Below, one piece after another: positions 55,484 to 64,000 of a stretch of 64,000 bases of DNA. The notes under the pieces were generated by a model. That model made no database searches and was not told the DNA's origin. It saw only the letters and a list, made by a program, of their open reading frames with translations. The position numbers and the translations under genes were made by a program. How positions within the stretch are numbered: the first letter of the stretch is position 1; the number at the start of each line of letters is the position of its first letter. This DNA is from a virus (taxonomy: Duplodnaviria > Caudoviricetes): the IMG/VR virus record IMGVR_UViG_3300027282_000088, positions 1 to 64,000 of that record, one strand, 5' to 3'.

Positions 55484-57129
55484 CAGCCCCCGTCCTCACC
55501 CGCGACCCGGACGCGCTCCCCGAGGAGTTGCCGCGCGGCTCGGAAATCCCCGAGAGCCTCGATCCGCTGGCCGACGGCATCCTGATGGCGCATCAACGCT
55601 CCTGGTTGGCCGACGAGAGCGACCTCAAGGTTTGCGAGAAGGGCCGCCGCACCGGCATCACCTTTGCCGAGATGCTGGGCTGTGCGCTCATTGCCGCCGC
55701 CGCGCGCGGCGCGGGCGGGCAGAACTGCTTTTACATCGGCGACACCAAGGACAAGGGCCGCGAGGCCATTGGCTATGTGGCGCATTTCGCGCGGGTGATT
55801 GCCGGGGCGGCCCACCCCATCGAGGAGTTTCTCTTCGAGGATCAACAGCCCGATGGCACCACCAAGTTCATCAACGCCTACCGGGTGCGCTTTGCCTCCG
55901 GGTTCCGGGTTGAGGCGCTGAGTTCCAACCCGGCCAACATCCGGGGTCTTCAGGGCACCGTGGTGATCGACGAGGCGGCCTTCCACAAGGATGTGCGCGA
56001 GGTGATCGACGCCGTCAACGCGATGCTGATCTGGGGCGGCAAGGTCCGGATCATCTCGACCCACAACGGCTATCTTAACGCCTTCAACGAACTGATCCGC
56101 GAAGCGCGCTCCGGCAAGAACGGCTTCAAGGTGCATCGCTACACCTTCGGCGATGCCGTCACCAACGGGCTTTATAAGCGCGTCTGCATGATGCAGGGCA
56201 AGGTCTGGGGTGCCGCGGCCGAAGCGGACTGGGAGAGCACCATCCGCCGCTCCTACGGCGCGCGCGAGGCCGCCATGCGTCAGGAGCTCGATGCGGAGCC
56301 CGCCGAGATGCAGGGCGCGGCCCTCACCCGCGTGCAGATCGAGGCTTGCATGGCGCAGGGCATCCCGTTCCATCGCTGGACGCAGCCCGACAGCTTCAAA
56401 AACGCCGATGAGGCCGTGCGCAAGGCCGCCGCTTTAACATGGTGTAGAACCCACCTTGAACCGGTGCTTGAAACCCTCGATCGCACCCGGCCGCATTTCA
56501 TGGGCGAGGACTTTGCGCGCTCGGGCGACGCGACCGACATCATCATCCTCGAACAGGGCGTCGATCTCACCCGGCGCACCAAGCTCATCGTCGAGCTGCG
56601 CAATATCCCCTTTGACCAGCAGCGCGACGTGCTCTTCTGGCTGCTCGACCGCCTGCCCAACTTCCAAAAAGGGGCGATGGACCGCACCGGCAATGGCGCC
56701 TACCTCGCCGAGGTCGCAGCCCAACGCTATGGGTCGCGCATTGTCGAGGTGGCTTTCACGCGGCAATGGTACGAGCTCGAGATGCCTCCCTATATCGAGG
56801 CCTTCTCGGATCGCACCATCGTGCTGCCCGCCCATGAGGACGTGCTGCGCGATCACCAGGCGCTGCAATACACGGGCGGCATCATCCGCGTGCCGGAGAA
56901 CTTTCGCTTCAAAGGCTCGGACGGTCTCGACCGCCACGGCGACAGCGCCATCGCGAGCGCGCTCGCCTGGTACGCCAGCAATCAGGACGTGGTGCCGATG
57001 GAATATCAATCGACCGGGCGGCGCGCCACGTCCGGTGCGGATGACTTCACAGGCACCATGGGTGGCCGACGCATGGGCTTTGCCCGGGGCGGCGGCGGTT
57101 TGGATTTCGGAGGGTTCGGAGATGGCTAG
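55480..57129 (+). CDS. Terminase large subunit
   Basis: Near-identical protein to 14306-15955. Confidence 0.93.
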   Translation: MTAPVLTRDPDALPEELPRGSEIPESLDPLADGILMAHQRSWLADESDLKVCEKGRRTGITFAEMLGCALIAAAARGAGGQNCFYIGDTKDKGREAIGYVAHFARVIAGAAHPIEEFLFEDQQPDGTTKFINAYRVRFASGFRVEALSSNPANIRGLQGTVVIDEAAFHKDVREVIDAVNAMLIWGGKVRIISTHNGYLNAFNELIREARSGKNGFKVHRYTFGDAVTNGLYKRVCMMQGKVWGAAAEADWESTIRRSYGAREAAMRQELDAEPAEMQGAALTRVQIEACMAQGIPFHRWTQPDSFKNADEAVRKAAALTWCRTHLEPVLETLDRTRPHFMGEDFARSGDATDIIILEQGVDLTRRTKLIVELRNIPFDQQRDVLFWLLDRLPNFQKGAMDRTGNGAYLAEVAAQRYGSRIVEVAFTRQWYELEMPPYIEAFSDRTIVLPAHEDVLRDHQALQYTGGIIRVPENFRFKGSDGLDRHGDSAIASALAWYASNQDVVPMEYQSTGRRATSGADDFTGTMGGRRMGFARGGGGLDFGGFGDG

Positions 57130-58675
57130 GAAGACCAGCACGATGCGACTGCGGTCAGTGCGGATGCGCAACCCGATGGAGCTTTCGGGCATCCAGAACG
57201 GTCGTGACATCACCCGGCCGTGGATCGGCCCGCTGCTCGAGCCGACCGATCCGATCCTGCGCACGCGCGGCGGCGGCAGCTTTGATATCTACAAACCGAT
57301 CCTGACCGATCCGCAGGTCAAATCGGTGATGACGCAGCGCATCTCGGCCGTGACCAGCCGGGAATGGGAAGTGGTGCCGGGCGAGGACACGGTGGCAGGC
57401 AAACGCGCGGCCGACTGGCTGCGGGACGAGCTTTCGGCCATGAAGTTCGACCGCCTGACCGAGAAGATGCTCTGGGGGCTCTTCTATGGGTATTCCGTCG
57501 CCGAGCAGATGTATCGGCGCGACGGGCAAATCTGGGGCTGGGAGGAGATCCGCGTGCGCGACCGTGTCAGGTTTCGCTTTGACGAGGACTGCGGCTTGCG
57601 CCTGCTGACCATGTCGAACATGCTTATGGGCGAGGAGATGCCGCCCGAGAAGTTCTGGGTCTTCTCGACCGGGGCGGATCACGACGACGAGCCCTATGGC
57701 CTCGGCCTCGCGCATTGGCTCTATTGGCCGGTCTGGTTCAAACGCAACGGCCTCAAGCTCTGGCTGATCGCCCTCGACAAGTTCGGCATGCCGACCGGAC
57801 GGGGCAAGTATCCGGCGCAAGCCACAGAAGAGGAGAAGAAGACGCTGCTCGAGGCCGTAATGGCAATCCGCTCCGAGGCGGGGATCATCATTCCCGAAGG
57901 CATGGATATCGATCTGCTGTCGGCACCGTCAGGGTCCAGTTCACTCGATTACCAGAAGCTGCACGACGCGATGGACGCCGCCATCTCGAAGATCGTTCTG
58001 TCGCAAACCATGACGACGGACGACGGCTCCAGCCGCTCTCAGGCCGAGGTGCATGACGGCGTCGGTGATGCCGTTAAGAAGTCCGATGCGGATCTGGTCT
58101 GTCAATCCTTCAACGAGGGACCGGTGGCGCAGCTCTCCGCGTTCAACTTCCCGGGCGTTGTGCCCCCAAAGGTGTGGCGCAAGATGGAGGACCCGGAAGA
58201 CACCACCGCCGCCGTGGACCGCGACGAGAAGCTGCATCGCATGGGCTGGCGCATGTCCGAGGACCGCGTACAGGAGACCTATGGCGATGGGTATGAGCGT
58301 GCCGCACCTCCGGACACCCCCCCGCCGGGTGAGGAGGCCGCACCGGAGGCCGGTTTCGCCGAGCATCGCCACGATAGCGCACTCGATGCGCTTGCGGCCG
58401 AGATTATCGCCGAGGGACATGCCGAGGCGGCCGTCGAGCCGCTATTCGCAGATATCGCGTCCCTTCTGGGCAGCATCGCACCGGGCACCACGCTTGAGGC
58501 GCTGCGCGCCCGTATCGACGCCTTGGCGGCCGCACCGAGCGACGGACAAGCGATGACTGACCTCTTGACTGAGGCCAGTTTCGCCGCGCGTCTGGCGGGT
58601 GAGCTGGGGGCCGTGGTGGATGACAGCGAGGCGGCGGACGGGTCGGACACCCTGCCCGGCTCCGTGGCCCCATGA
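57122..58675 (+). CDS. Portal protein (DUF935-like)
   Basis: Homologue of 15948-17441 with a different C-terminal region. Confidence 0.92.
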   Translation: MARKTSTMRLRSVRMRNPMELSGIQNGRDITRPWIGPLLEPTDPILRTRGGGSFDIYKPILTDPQVKSVMTQRISAVTSREWEVVPGEDTVAGKRAADWLRDELSAMKFDRLTEKMLWGLFYGYSVAEQMYRRDGQIWGWEEIRVRDRVRFRFDEDCGLRLLTMSNMLMGEEMPPEKFWVFSTGADHDDEPYGLGLAHWLYWPVWFKRNGLKLWLIALDKFGMPTGRGKYPAQATEEEKKTLLEAVMAIRSEAGIIIPEGMDIDLLSAPSGSSSLDYQKLHDAMDAAISKIVLSQTMTTDDGSSRSQAEVHDGVGDAVKKSDADLVCQSFNEGPVAQLSAFNFPGVVPPKVWRKMEDPEDTTAAVDRDEKLHRMGWRMSEDRVQETYGDGYERAAPPDTPPPGEEAAPEAGFAEHRHDSALDALAAEIIAEGHAEAAVEPLFADIASLLGSIAPGTTLEALRARIDALAAAPSDGQAMTDLLTEASFAARLAGELGAVVDDSEAADGSDTLPGSVAP

Positions 58676-60003
58676 TCGACCTGCAGCGCCTGCGCCCCGA
58701 GGATGCGCTGTCCTTCTTTCGCTCCAAGGGCCTCGCCCCGCCCGATGCGCGGTTCGATTTCCGCGACGTCTGGCGCAATGAGCACGCGAGCAATTTCGTT
58801 GTCGCCAAGGCGATGCGGACTGACGTGCTCGAGACGATCCGGGGCGCGCTCGACCGTGCGCTGGCCAACGGCGGCACGCTGGGCAGCTTCATGGATGACC
58901 TCGAGCCCGAGTTGAAACGGCTCGGCTGGTGGGGCAGCGGCACGGAGCGCGACCCCCTGACCGGCGAGTTGAAGAACGTCCGGCTTGACTCGCCGCGCCG
59001 CCTGCGGGTGATCTTCGACGCCAATATGCGCGCGGCCCATGCTGCGGGCAAATGGGCGCGCATTCAGCGCACCAAGGCGGCCTTCCCCTTCCTGCGCTAC
59101 GTCCAGATCCAGCGCGACACCAAGCGCGAGGACCACGCGCGCTATCACGACCTGATCCTGCCCGTCGATCACCCGGCATGGCTTCGCATCTTTCCCCCCA
59201 ACGGCTGGCGGTGCGGCTGCACCGTTCAGCAACTCTCGCAGGGCATGCTAGAGCGGCGCGGCCTCAAGGTGACAGAGGATTTCGAGCTGGAGGAGCGCGG
59301 GGTGCTGAACCGTCGCACCGGTGAGATCGAACCCACGGCACTCGGGGTCGATCCCGCGTGGGATGGCAACCCGGGTCAGGCGTGGCTTGACCTCGGGGCG
59401 CGCCACGCAGGCGTATCGGCCGGGCTTTCCGCCCCGGCGGCGGCGACCGAGCTTGGCTTTGTCATGCGCGCCCGGCTCATGGGCCTGGGCGATGGGCGGG
59501 AGCATCTTGGCGCATTCGATCTGAGGACCGGCGAGGAAATCGACTGGAGCGTGGGCAAGCCGAAGCGCGTCAAACTGACCCCCTCCATAATCCAGCGGCT
59601 GGAGAGCGGCACGGCCGTCGGCCTCGTGCACAATCACCCCAGTTCCGCGCCGCTCAGCCCGGATGACATGGCGGTTATGTTCCAGCGCCAAGTTCGATCA
59701 ATCATCGCCGTTGGTCACGACGGCTCACTCTACCGGGCACAGATGCTGAGACTTAGCCGTGGCGACATGCGCGAGCTTTCGGAGGTGGCGGCAGAACTCA
59801 TTGACGAGTTGGCCCCGGCCTTGACCAATACAGAGCGCGACCATGCGGTGCGCCTCGCGGTCCTCGACGTCTTGCAGTCTCAGGGCCTGATCTTATATCA
59901 AGAGAGCCTTGGCGCGCAGTCGCGAGCAATCCGGCAGCGCATAGAAGAGTCCGCCCGGGGTGTTGCCGCTGCCATTGTCAGGGCCATGAACGGAGATCCG
60001 TGA
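58672..60003 (+). CDS. MuF minor head protein with C-terminal JAB/MPN-like domain
   Basis: PPNGWRCGC MuF motif; C-terminal E...GLVHNHPSSAPLSPDD. Confidence 0.82.
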   Translation: MIDLQRLRPEDALSFFRSKGLAPPDARFDFRDVWRNEHASNFVVAKAMRTDVLETIRGALDRALANGGTLGSFMDDLEPELKRLGWWGSGTERDPLTGELKNVRLDSPRRLRVIFDANMRAAHAAGKWARIQRTKAAFPFLRYVQIQRDTKREDHARYHDLILPVDHPAWLRIFPPNGWRCGCTVQQLSQGMLERRGLKVTEDFELEERGVLNRRTGEIEPTALGVDPAWDGNPGQAWLDLGARHAGVSAGLSAPAAATELGFVMRARLMGLGDGREHLGAFDLRTGEEIDWSVGKPKRVKLTPSIIQRLESGTAVGLVHNHPSSAPLSPDDMAVMFQRQVRSIIAVGHDGSLYRAQMLRLSRGDMRELSEVAAELIDELAPALTNTERDHAVRLAVLDVLQSQGLILYQESLGAQSRAIRQRIEESARGVAAAIVRAMNGDP

Positions 60004-60221
60004 TGCGAACGTTGCTGGTTGAGCCGCCCGACGAATGGAGCCGCGAGGCTTATGAGGCCGCATTGCGCGAAGCGGAAGCATTGCCTGACGACGATCCGGA
60101 CAAGGAAGAGCTGGTCGCGGTCCGCCGCGAAGATCTGTTTGGGTATTTCGACCGCCCTAAGAGGACGCCCGAAGAGCGCCGTGCGATCCTGCGCGCATTC
60201 CTTGTCGATCCGGCCTCCTGA
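60000..60221 (+). CDS. Small acidic protein, candidate immunity partner
   Basis: Overlaps MuF stop; Glu/Asp-rich. Confidence 0.55.
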   Translation: MMRTLLVEPPDEWSREAYEAALREAEALPDDDPDKEELVAVRREDLFGYFDRPKRTPEERRAILRAFLVDPAS

Positions 60222-60469
60222 GGCGATTTCGGGCAAATTGGCCTTGCGAGCGCACCTGCAACCGAGGCCGCGCCACGGAATACCCCGTCAGAGCGCCATT
60301 AAATACCCATTGAATACCCCCCTCGGCCCTGCGGGCCACCTTCCCCCGCCGTCAGGGGGGAGGCCATTCTGGGGGCCTCTCAGGGCCTCTTGGCATTCCG
60401 GCCTTGCCGGATGCCCGGTTGGGCGGATAGTGTGGCCACAAGGGGACCCTGCCAAAACCTCGCCTCCCC

Positions 60470-60512
60470 TGAAGCCCTTCATCTGATATGGCACCCGCGC
60501 CCGGCCTAGTGT
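60470..60512 (+). promoter_or_regulatory. Putative late (head) promoter, prophage 2
   Basis: TGAAGCCCTTCA-TCTGA, 25 nt to TAGTGT. Confidence 0.65.
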
Positions 60513-60519
60513 CGGTCGC

Positions 60520-61605
60520 ATGACAAAACCGCTTCACATCTTCCGCGCTGGCCGCCACACCGCCCAATCCGGGCAGAGCTTCGAATTTTCCGAGGCTGAG
60601 GTTGAGGGCATCGCCGCTGCCTATGATCCCGCCCTCCACGAGGCCCCCATTGTCGTGGGCCATCCCCGCACCGATGCCCCGGCCTATGGCTGGGTGAAAT
60701 CCCTGCGCGCCGAAGGGGCCGAGCTTTTCGCCGAGCCTGACCAGGTCGAGCCTGCCTTCGCCGAGATGGTGCGCGCCGGACGCTTCAAGCGGATCAGCGC
60801 CTCTTTCTATCCCCCCAAGGCCGCCGCTAACCCGACCCCCGGCATCTATTACCTCAAGCATGTGGGCTTTCTGGGTGCTCAGCCCCCCGCCGTGAAAGGC
60901 CTCAAGGCGGCCGAGTTCTCTGAGGACGCCGAGGCCGTGACCCTTGAGATCGCCTTCTCGGAAGAAGACGCGCCTGTCGCCAGTTTCGGCGATGCCCTGA
61001 AAGGCGCGATCTCCGCCGTCCTGTCCTGGGCACGCACGCCCGCAGGCCAGGAGGCACTCCGCGACGCCGCAGGCGCGCCCGAGACCGAGCCCGCCCCATT
61101 CGCCGAAACCCAAGAAGGAGACCCCGATATGTCCGGCACGGACAAGCCAACCCCCGAAGACCGCCAAGCCGCGCTCGATGCGCGCGAGGCCGAGATTGCC
61201 GCCAAGGAGGCGGCCTTCGCCGAAGGTACGCGCGCCGCACGCCGCGCCGAAGACGCGGCCCTCCTCGACGCCCTTGCCAAGGACGGGCGCATCGCCCCCG
61301 GCCTCAAGGATGAGATGGCCGCGTTCATGGAAAACCTCGACGCGACGGACGAGGTGTCTTTTGCCGAAGGCAAGACCGCCAGCCAGCGCGACTGGTTCCG
61401 CGACCTGCTCTCAAAACGGGCCAAGCCGCTGATCGATTTCAGCGAGCGGGCGGGTGGTGACGCCCTGCCACAGGTCAAGGGAGCGGACGACATCACCGCA
61501 GCGGCCAAGCGGCTGATCAAGGACGCCGAGGCCGAAGGCCGAACGCTGAGCTTTGCGGAGGCGGCCCGGCAGATCGAAGAAACCATGGAGAGCGACGATG
61601 CCTAA
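60520..61605 (+). CDS. Prohead protease/scaffold (Mu gpI-like)
   Basis: Homologue of 19603-20694. Confidence 0.9.
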   Translation: MTKPLHIFRAGRHTAQSGQSFEFSEAEVEGIAAAYDPALHEAPIVVGHPRTDAPAYGWVKSLRAEGAELFAEPDQVEPAFAEMVRAGRFKRISASFYPPKAAANPTPGIYYLKHVGFLGAQPPAVKGLKAAEFSEDAEAVTLEIAFSEEDAPVASFGDALKGAISAVLSWARTPAGQEALRDAAGAPETEPAPFAETQEGDPDMSGTDKPTPEDRQAALDAREAEIAAKEAAFAEGTRAARRAEDAALLDALAKDGRIAPGLKDEMAAFMENLDATDEVSFAEGKTASQRDWFRDLLSKRAKPLIDFSERAGGDALPQVKGADDITAAAKRLIKDAEAEGRTLSFAEAARQIEETMESDDA

Positions 61606-61963
61606 TCCCGGTATGTTCATCAAATCCTACACCGCCGAGGCGGCGGTGCCCGGCCGCCGGATCGTCAAATTCGGCGCGGGCGGCGGCATCCTTGTGGCCG
61701 CCTCCGCGACCAATCTCGCGATTGGCATCTCGGACCAACTGGATGCGGCCATTGGCCAGACAGCGGACGTGATCATGTCCGGCTCCGGAGAGCTCAAGCT
61801 CGCGGGCACAGTCGCCGCAGGTGCGCCCGTCGCCTCGAACGCCTCGGGCCTCGGTGTGGCCGCAGTGGCCGGAGCCGGAAACATCGCCATCGGCTACGCG
61901 CTGCAGGCGGGCGTCGCTGGCGACATCATCGACGTGGCCATCGCCCGTCACTCTGTCACCTGA
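61598..61963 (+). CDS. Capsid cement protein (DUF2190-like)
   Basis: Homologue of 20687-21052. Confidence 0.72.
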   Translation: MPNPGMFIKSYTAEAAVPGRRIVKFGAGGGILVAASATNLAIGISDQLDAAIGQTADVIMSGSGELKLAGTVAAGAPVASNASGLGVAAVAGAGNIAIGYALQAGVAGDIIDVAIARHSVT

Positions 61964-61982
61964 TCTTTAGGAGCGCTGATCC

Positions 61983-62942
61983 ATGAGCACCCCCACCCCC
62001 TTTGTCGTCGATCCGGTCCTGACCGCCATCGCCGTCAATTTCCGCAACCCCGACATCTCGTTCATTGCCGACGAGGTCATGCCGCGCGTGCCGGTCATGG
62101 CTACGGATTTCAAATGGACCTATTTCCCGCCTGAGCAGATGTTCACGGTGCCCGACACGGAAGTCGGCCGCAAAGGTCTGGTCCAACAGGTTGAGTTCAC
62201 CGGCGAAGAGCGCACCTCTTCGGTCAAGGACTACGGTCTCGACGACGTGGTGCCGCAGCGCGACATCGATGCCGCCCGCGCCCTGCGCGCCGCTGGCAAT
62301 TCGGCTTTCGATCCCGAGGCGCGCGCCGTCGAGGGTCTGGCCCATCTGATCCAGCTCGACCGCGAAAAGCGCGTGGCCGCCATGGTGCAGGACGCGGCCA
62401 ACTATGACGCGGACAAAAAAGTGGTGCTCTCGGGCGCGGGCCAGTTCAGCGATCCCACGTCCGATCCCATCGGCGTGATCTCTGCCGCCCTTGATGCCAC
62501 CTTCATCATGCGCCCCAACGTGGCCGCGATGGGGCGTAAGGCCTGGACGGCGCTCTCGACCCATCCCGATATCCTGAAGGCCATCAACCGGACCTCGGGC
62601 GACAAGGGCCGCGCCGGCCGCGAGGCGGTGGCGGAGCTTTTCGAACTCTCTCAGATCCTCGTGGGCGACAGCTATATCAACTCGGCCCGCAAGGGTCAGA
62701 CGGCTGCCTTCGAGAAGGTCTGGGGCGGCAATATCGCCCTGATCCATCGCAACACTCAGGCCGGTCCGGACGGCACCGCCCCCGCATGGGGCTGGACGGC
62801 GCAGTTCGACGGGCGCGTCTCGGGGCGCTTCTTTGACCCCAAGGTCGGCCTCAAAGGTTCCACCACGCTCCGCGTAGGCGAGCAGGTCCGCGAAGTCATC
62901 GCGGCTCCGGCCACCGGCTATCTGATCGAGGATGCGGCATGA
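61983..62942 (+). CDS. Major capsid protein
   Basis: Homologue of 21073-22032. Confidence 0.85.
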   Translation: MSTPTPFVVDPVLTAIAVNFRNPDISFIADEVMPRVPVMATDFKWTYFPPEQMFTVPDTEVGRKGLVQQVEFTGEERTSSVKDYGLDDVVPQRDIDAARALRAAGNSAFDPEARAVEGLAHLIQLDREKRVAAMVQDAANYDADKKVVLSGAGQFSDPTSDPIGVISAALDATFIMRPNVAAMGRKAWTALSTHPDILKAINRTSGDKGRAGREAVAELFELSQILVGDSYINSARKGQTAAFEKVWGGNIALIHRNTQAGPDGTAPAWGWTAQFDGRVSGRFFDPKVGLKGSTTLRVGEQVREVIAAPATGYLIEDAA

Positions 62943-63295
62943 GCTATCTCATCAAACGCACCGTGATCGCAGCCAAGCGGCTGGAGGCGGGAACGACCGT
63001 CCCCGCGCAAAAAATCGGCGGGGAGGCGCAGATTGCGCGCCTTCTCGCCCTGGGCGCAATCGAAGAGGCCGGGGACGCGGCAGACACCGCGCCGCCGCTT
63101 GTCCTCGACGACGCGCTGCGCGTGGCCTTGACCAATGCCATCAACGCCCTGCCCGGCGACGCCTTCGACAAGAGCGGCAAGCCCAAGGTCAAGGCACTGC
63201 AGGACGCGCTTCCCGGTTTGGCCGACCAGATCACCGCCGCCGCGCGGGATTCGGTCTGGGCCGGGATGCAGGCCGCCGCCAACGCGGCATCCTGA
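62939..63295 (+). CDS. Head-associated hypothetical protein
   Basis: Homologue of 22029-22385. Confidence 0.65.
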   Translation: MSYLIKRTVIAAKRLEAGTTVPAQKIGGEAQIARLLALGAIEEAGDAADTAPPLVLDDALRVALTNAINALPGDAFDKSGKPKVKALQDALPGLADQITAAARDSVWAGMQAAANAAS

Positions 63296-63471
63296 AATTC
63301 CAGAGCGAAAGGATCAATCGCGAACCTCACGGGCACATAGGGCGACAACCAGACCCCTCCGGAGGCGATCCGAGTAGGCGCGGCCCACGCGAGTTGGAGC
63401 CTGCAACGTCTGAGGAATGGACGTGACAGCCGGGAGAGACCGGCACCAAACACCCAACCCGGAGGCGCGCC

Positions 63472-63699
63472 ATGGCCGAGACGATCAAGAGCACCGACGA
63501 CACCCGGGTCGAAAACAGCCCCGTGCGGCACAGCTACCGCAAACTGGGCGACATCGAGAAGGCCCGGGTCGAGGCGATCAAGGATATCGGCCAAAGGTTT
63601 CTCGACGAGATCGCCGCCGATCAGGGCCGCGAGTTTTCCCTCGCGCGCACCAAGATCGAAGAGGCCGTCATGTGGGCCGTCAAAGGGGTGGCCCGCTGA
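63472..63699 (+). CDS. Acb2/Tad1-like helical hairpin protein (candidate immune-signal sponge)
   Basis: YRKL...EAIKDIGQRF and REFSLARTKIEEAVMWAVK resemble Acb2 YRDL...RVKELGSQF and Tad1 RENACALTHVEEALMW. Confidence 0.68.
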   Translation: MAETIKSTDDTRVENSPVRHSYRKLGDIEKARVEAIKDIGQRFLDEIAADQGREFSLARTKIEEAVMWAVKGVAR

Positions 63700-64000
63700 T
63701 GGCCTACCTGACTGTGCAAGACATGATCGACCGCTACGGCGAAGGCTTCCTCGCCGAAGTGACGGCGCGTGACACAATCCCCGGCGTGATCGGTATGACC
63801 GCGCTGCAGGTGGCCGTGGACGACGCCGTGTCTGTCGCCGAGAGCTATGTCGCAGGGCTTTACAATGCAGACAATCCGCCCCGTGTCCTGACGATGCATA
63901 CTGCGGCAATTGCCTGGTACCGGCTGCTCGGTGCGCGGGCCGCCGCCTTTGACGGGGCCGAAGAGGGCTATGAGGCCGCGATCAGCTTTCTGCGCGAAGT
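63699..64000 (+). CDS. Head-tail connector (gp36-like), truncated by window edge
   Basis: DMIDRYGEGFLAEVTARD...AIAWYRL homologous to 22470-22895. Confidence 0.8.
   Translation, partial: MAYLTVQDMIDRYGEGFLAEVTARDTIPGVIGMTALQVAVDDAVSVAESYVAGLYNADNPPRVLTMHTAAIAWYRLLGARAAAFDGAEEGYEAAISFLRE

Larger units (their letters stand above)
40869..64000 (+). mobile_element. Mu-like transposable prophage 2 (right part outside window)
   Basis: Starts TGTAG with end motif; repressor, A, B, lysis and head genes follow. Confidence 0.92.

Noticed and set aside
56456-57121. 739-aa portal ORF starting at 56456
   Set aside because: The extension overlaps terL in another frame; comparison with prophage 1 places the start at 57122.
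42587-64000. Prophage 2 as an assembly duplication of prophage 1
   Set aside because: Repressors, operators, ParB N-termini, MuF tails and several inserts differ, and shared genes carry many synonymous and amino-acid changes.
1-64000. tRNA or rRNA genes
   Set aside because: No cloverleaf or rRNA-like sequence was recognised by eye; tRNAscan-SE would be decisive.

Overview
The window holds two related but distinct Mu-like (transposable) prophages in head-to-tail tandem, probably from an alphaproteobacterium of the Rhodobacteraceae type (inferred from the siphovirus/GTA-like tail, GTA-type holin and GapR homologue). Prophage 1 runs from beyond the left edge to a right end at 40863 (...GCTACA). 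After exactly 5 bp (ACAGT, 40864-40868), prophage 2 starts with TGTAG... at 40869 and runs past the right edge. Both have the order repressor, small early genes, ParB-like protein, transposase A, AAA B protein, middle genes, Mor/C activator, lysis, terminase, portal, MuF, protease, capsid. Prophage 1 also shows a complete non-contractile tail module with a -1 frameshifted chaperone. Notable accessory content in prophage 1: a NACHT-pentapeptide gene at the left, a com gene followed by a small ORF and an ABC-ATPase/GNAT fusion where Mu has mom, and an AT-richer sce7726-sce7725-RES operon just inside the right end. The MuF proteins carry different C-terminal toxin-like domains (PBECR-like in prophage 1, JAB-like in prophage 2). 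Prophage 2 adds an Acb2/Tad1-like small protein, a GapR homologue and a five-ORF insert between terS and terL. A shared late-promoter motif is visible in four copies. All family assignments come from motif recognition by eye; no database searches were run.
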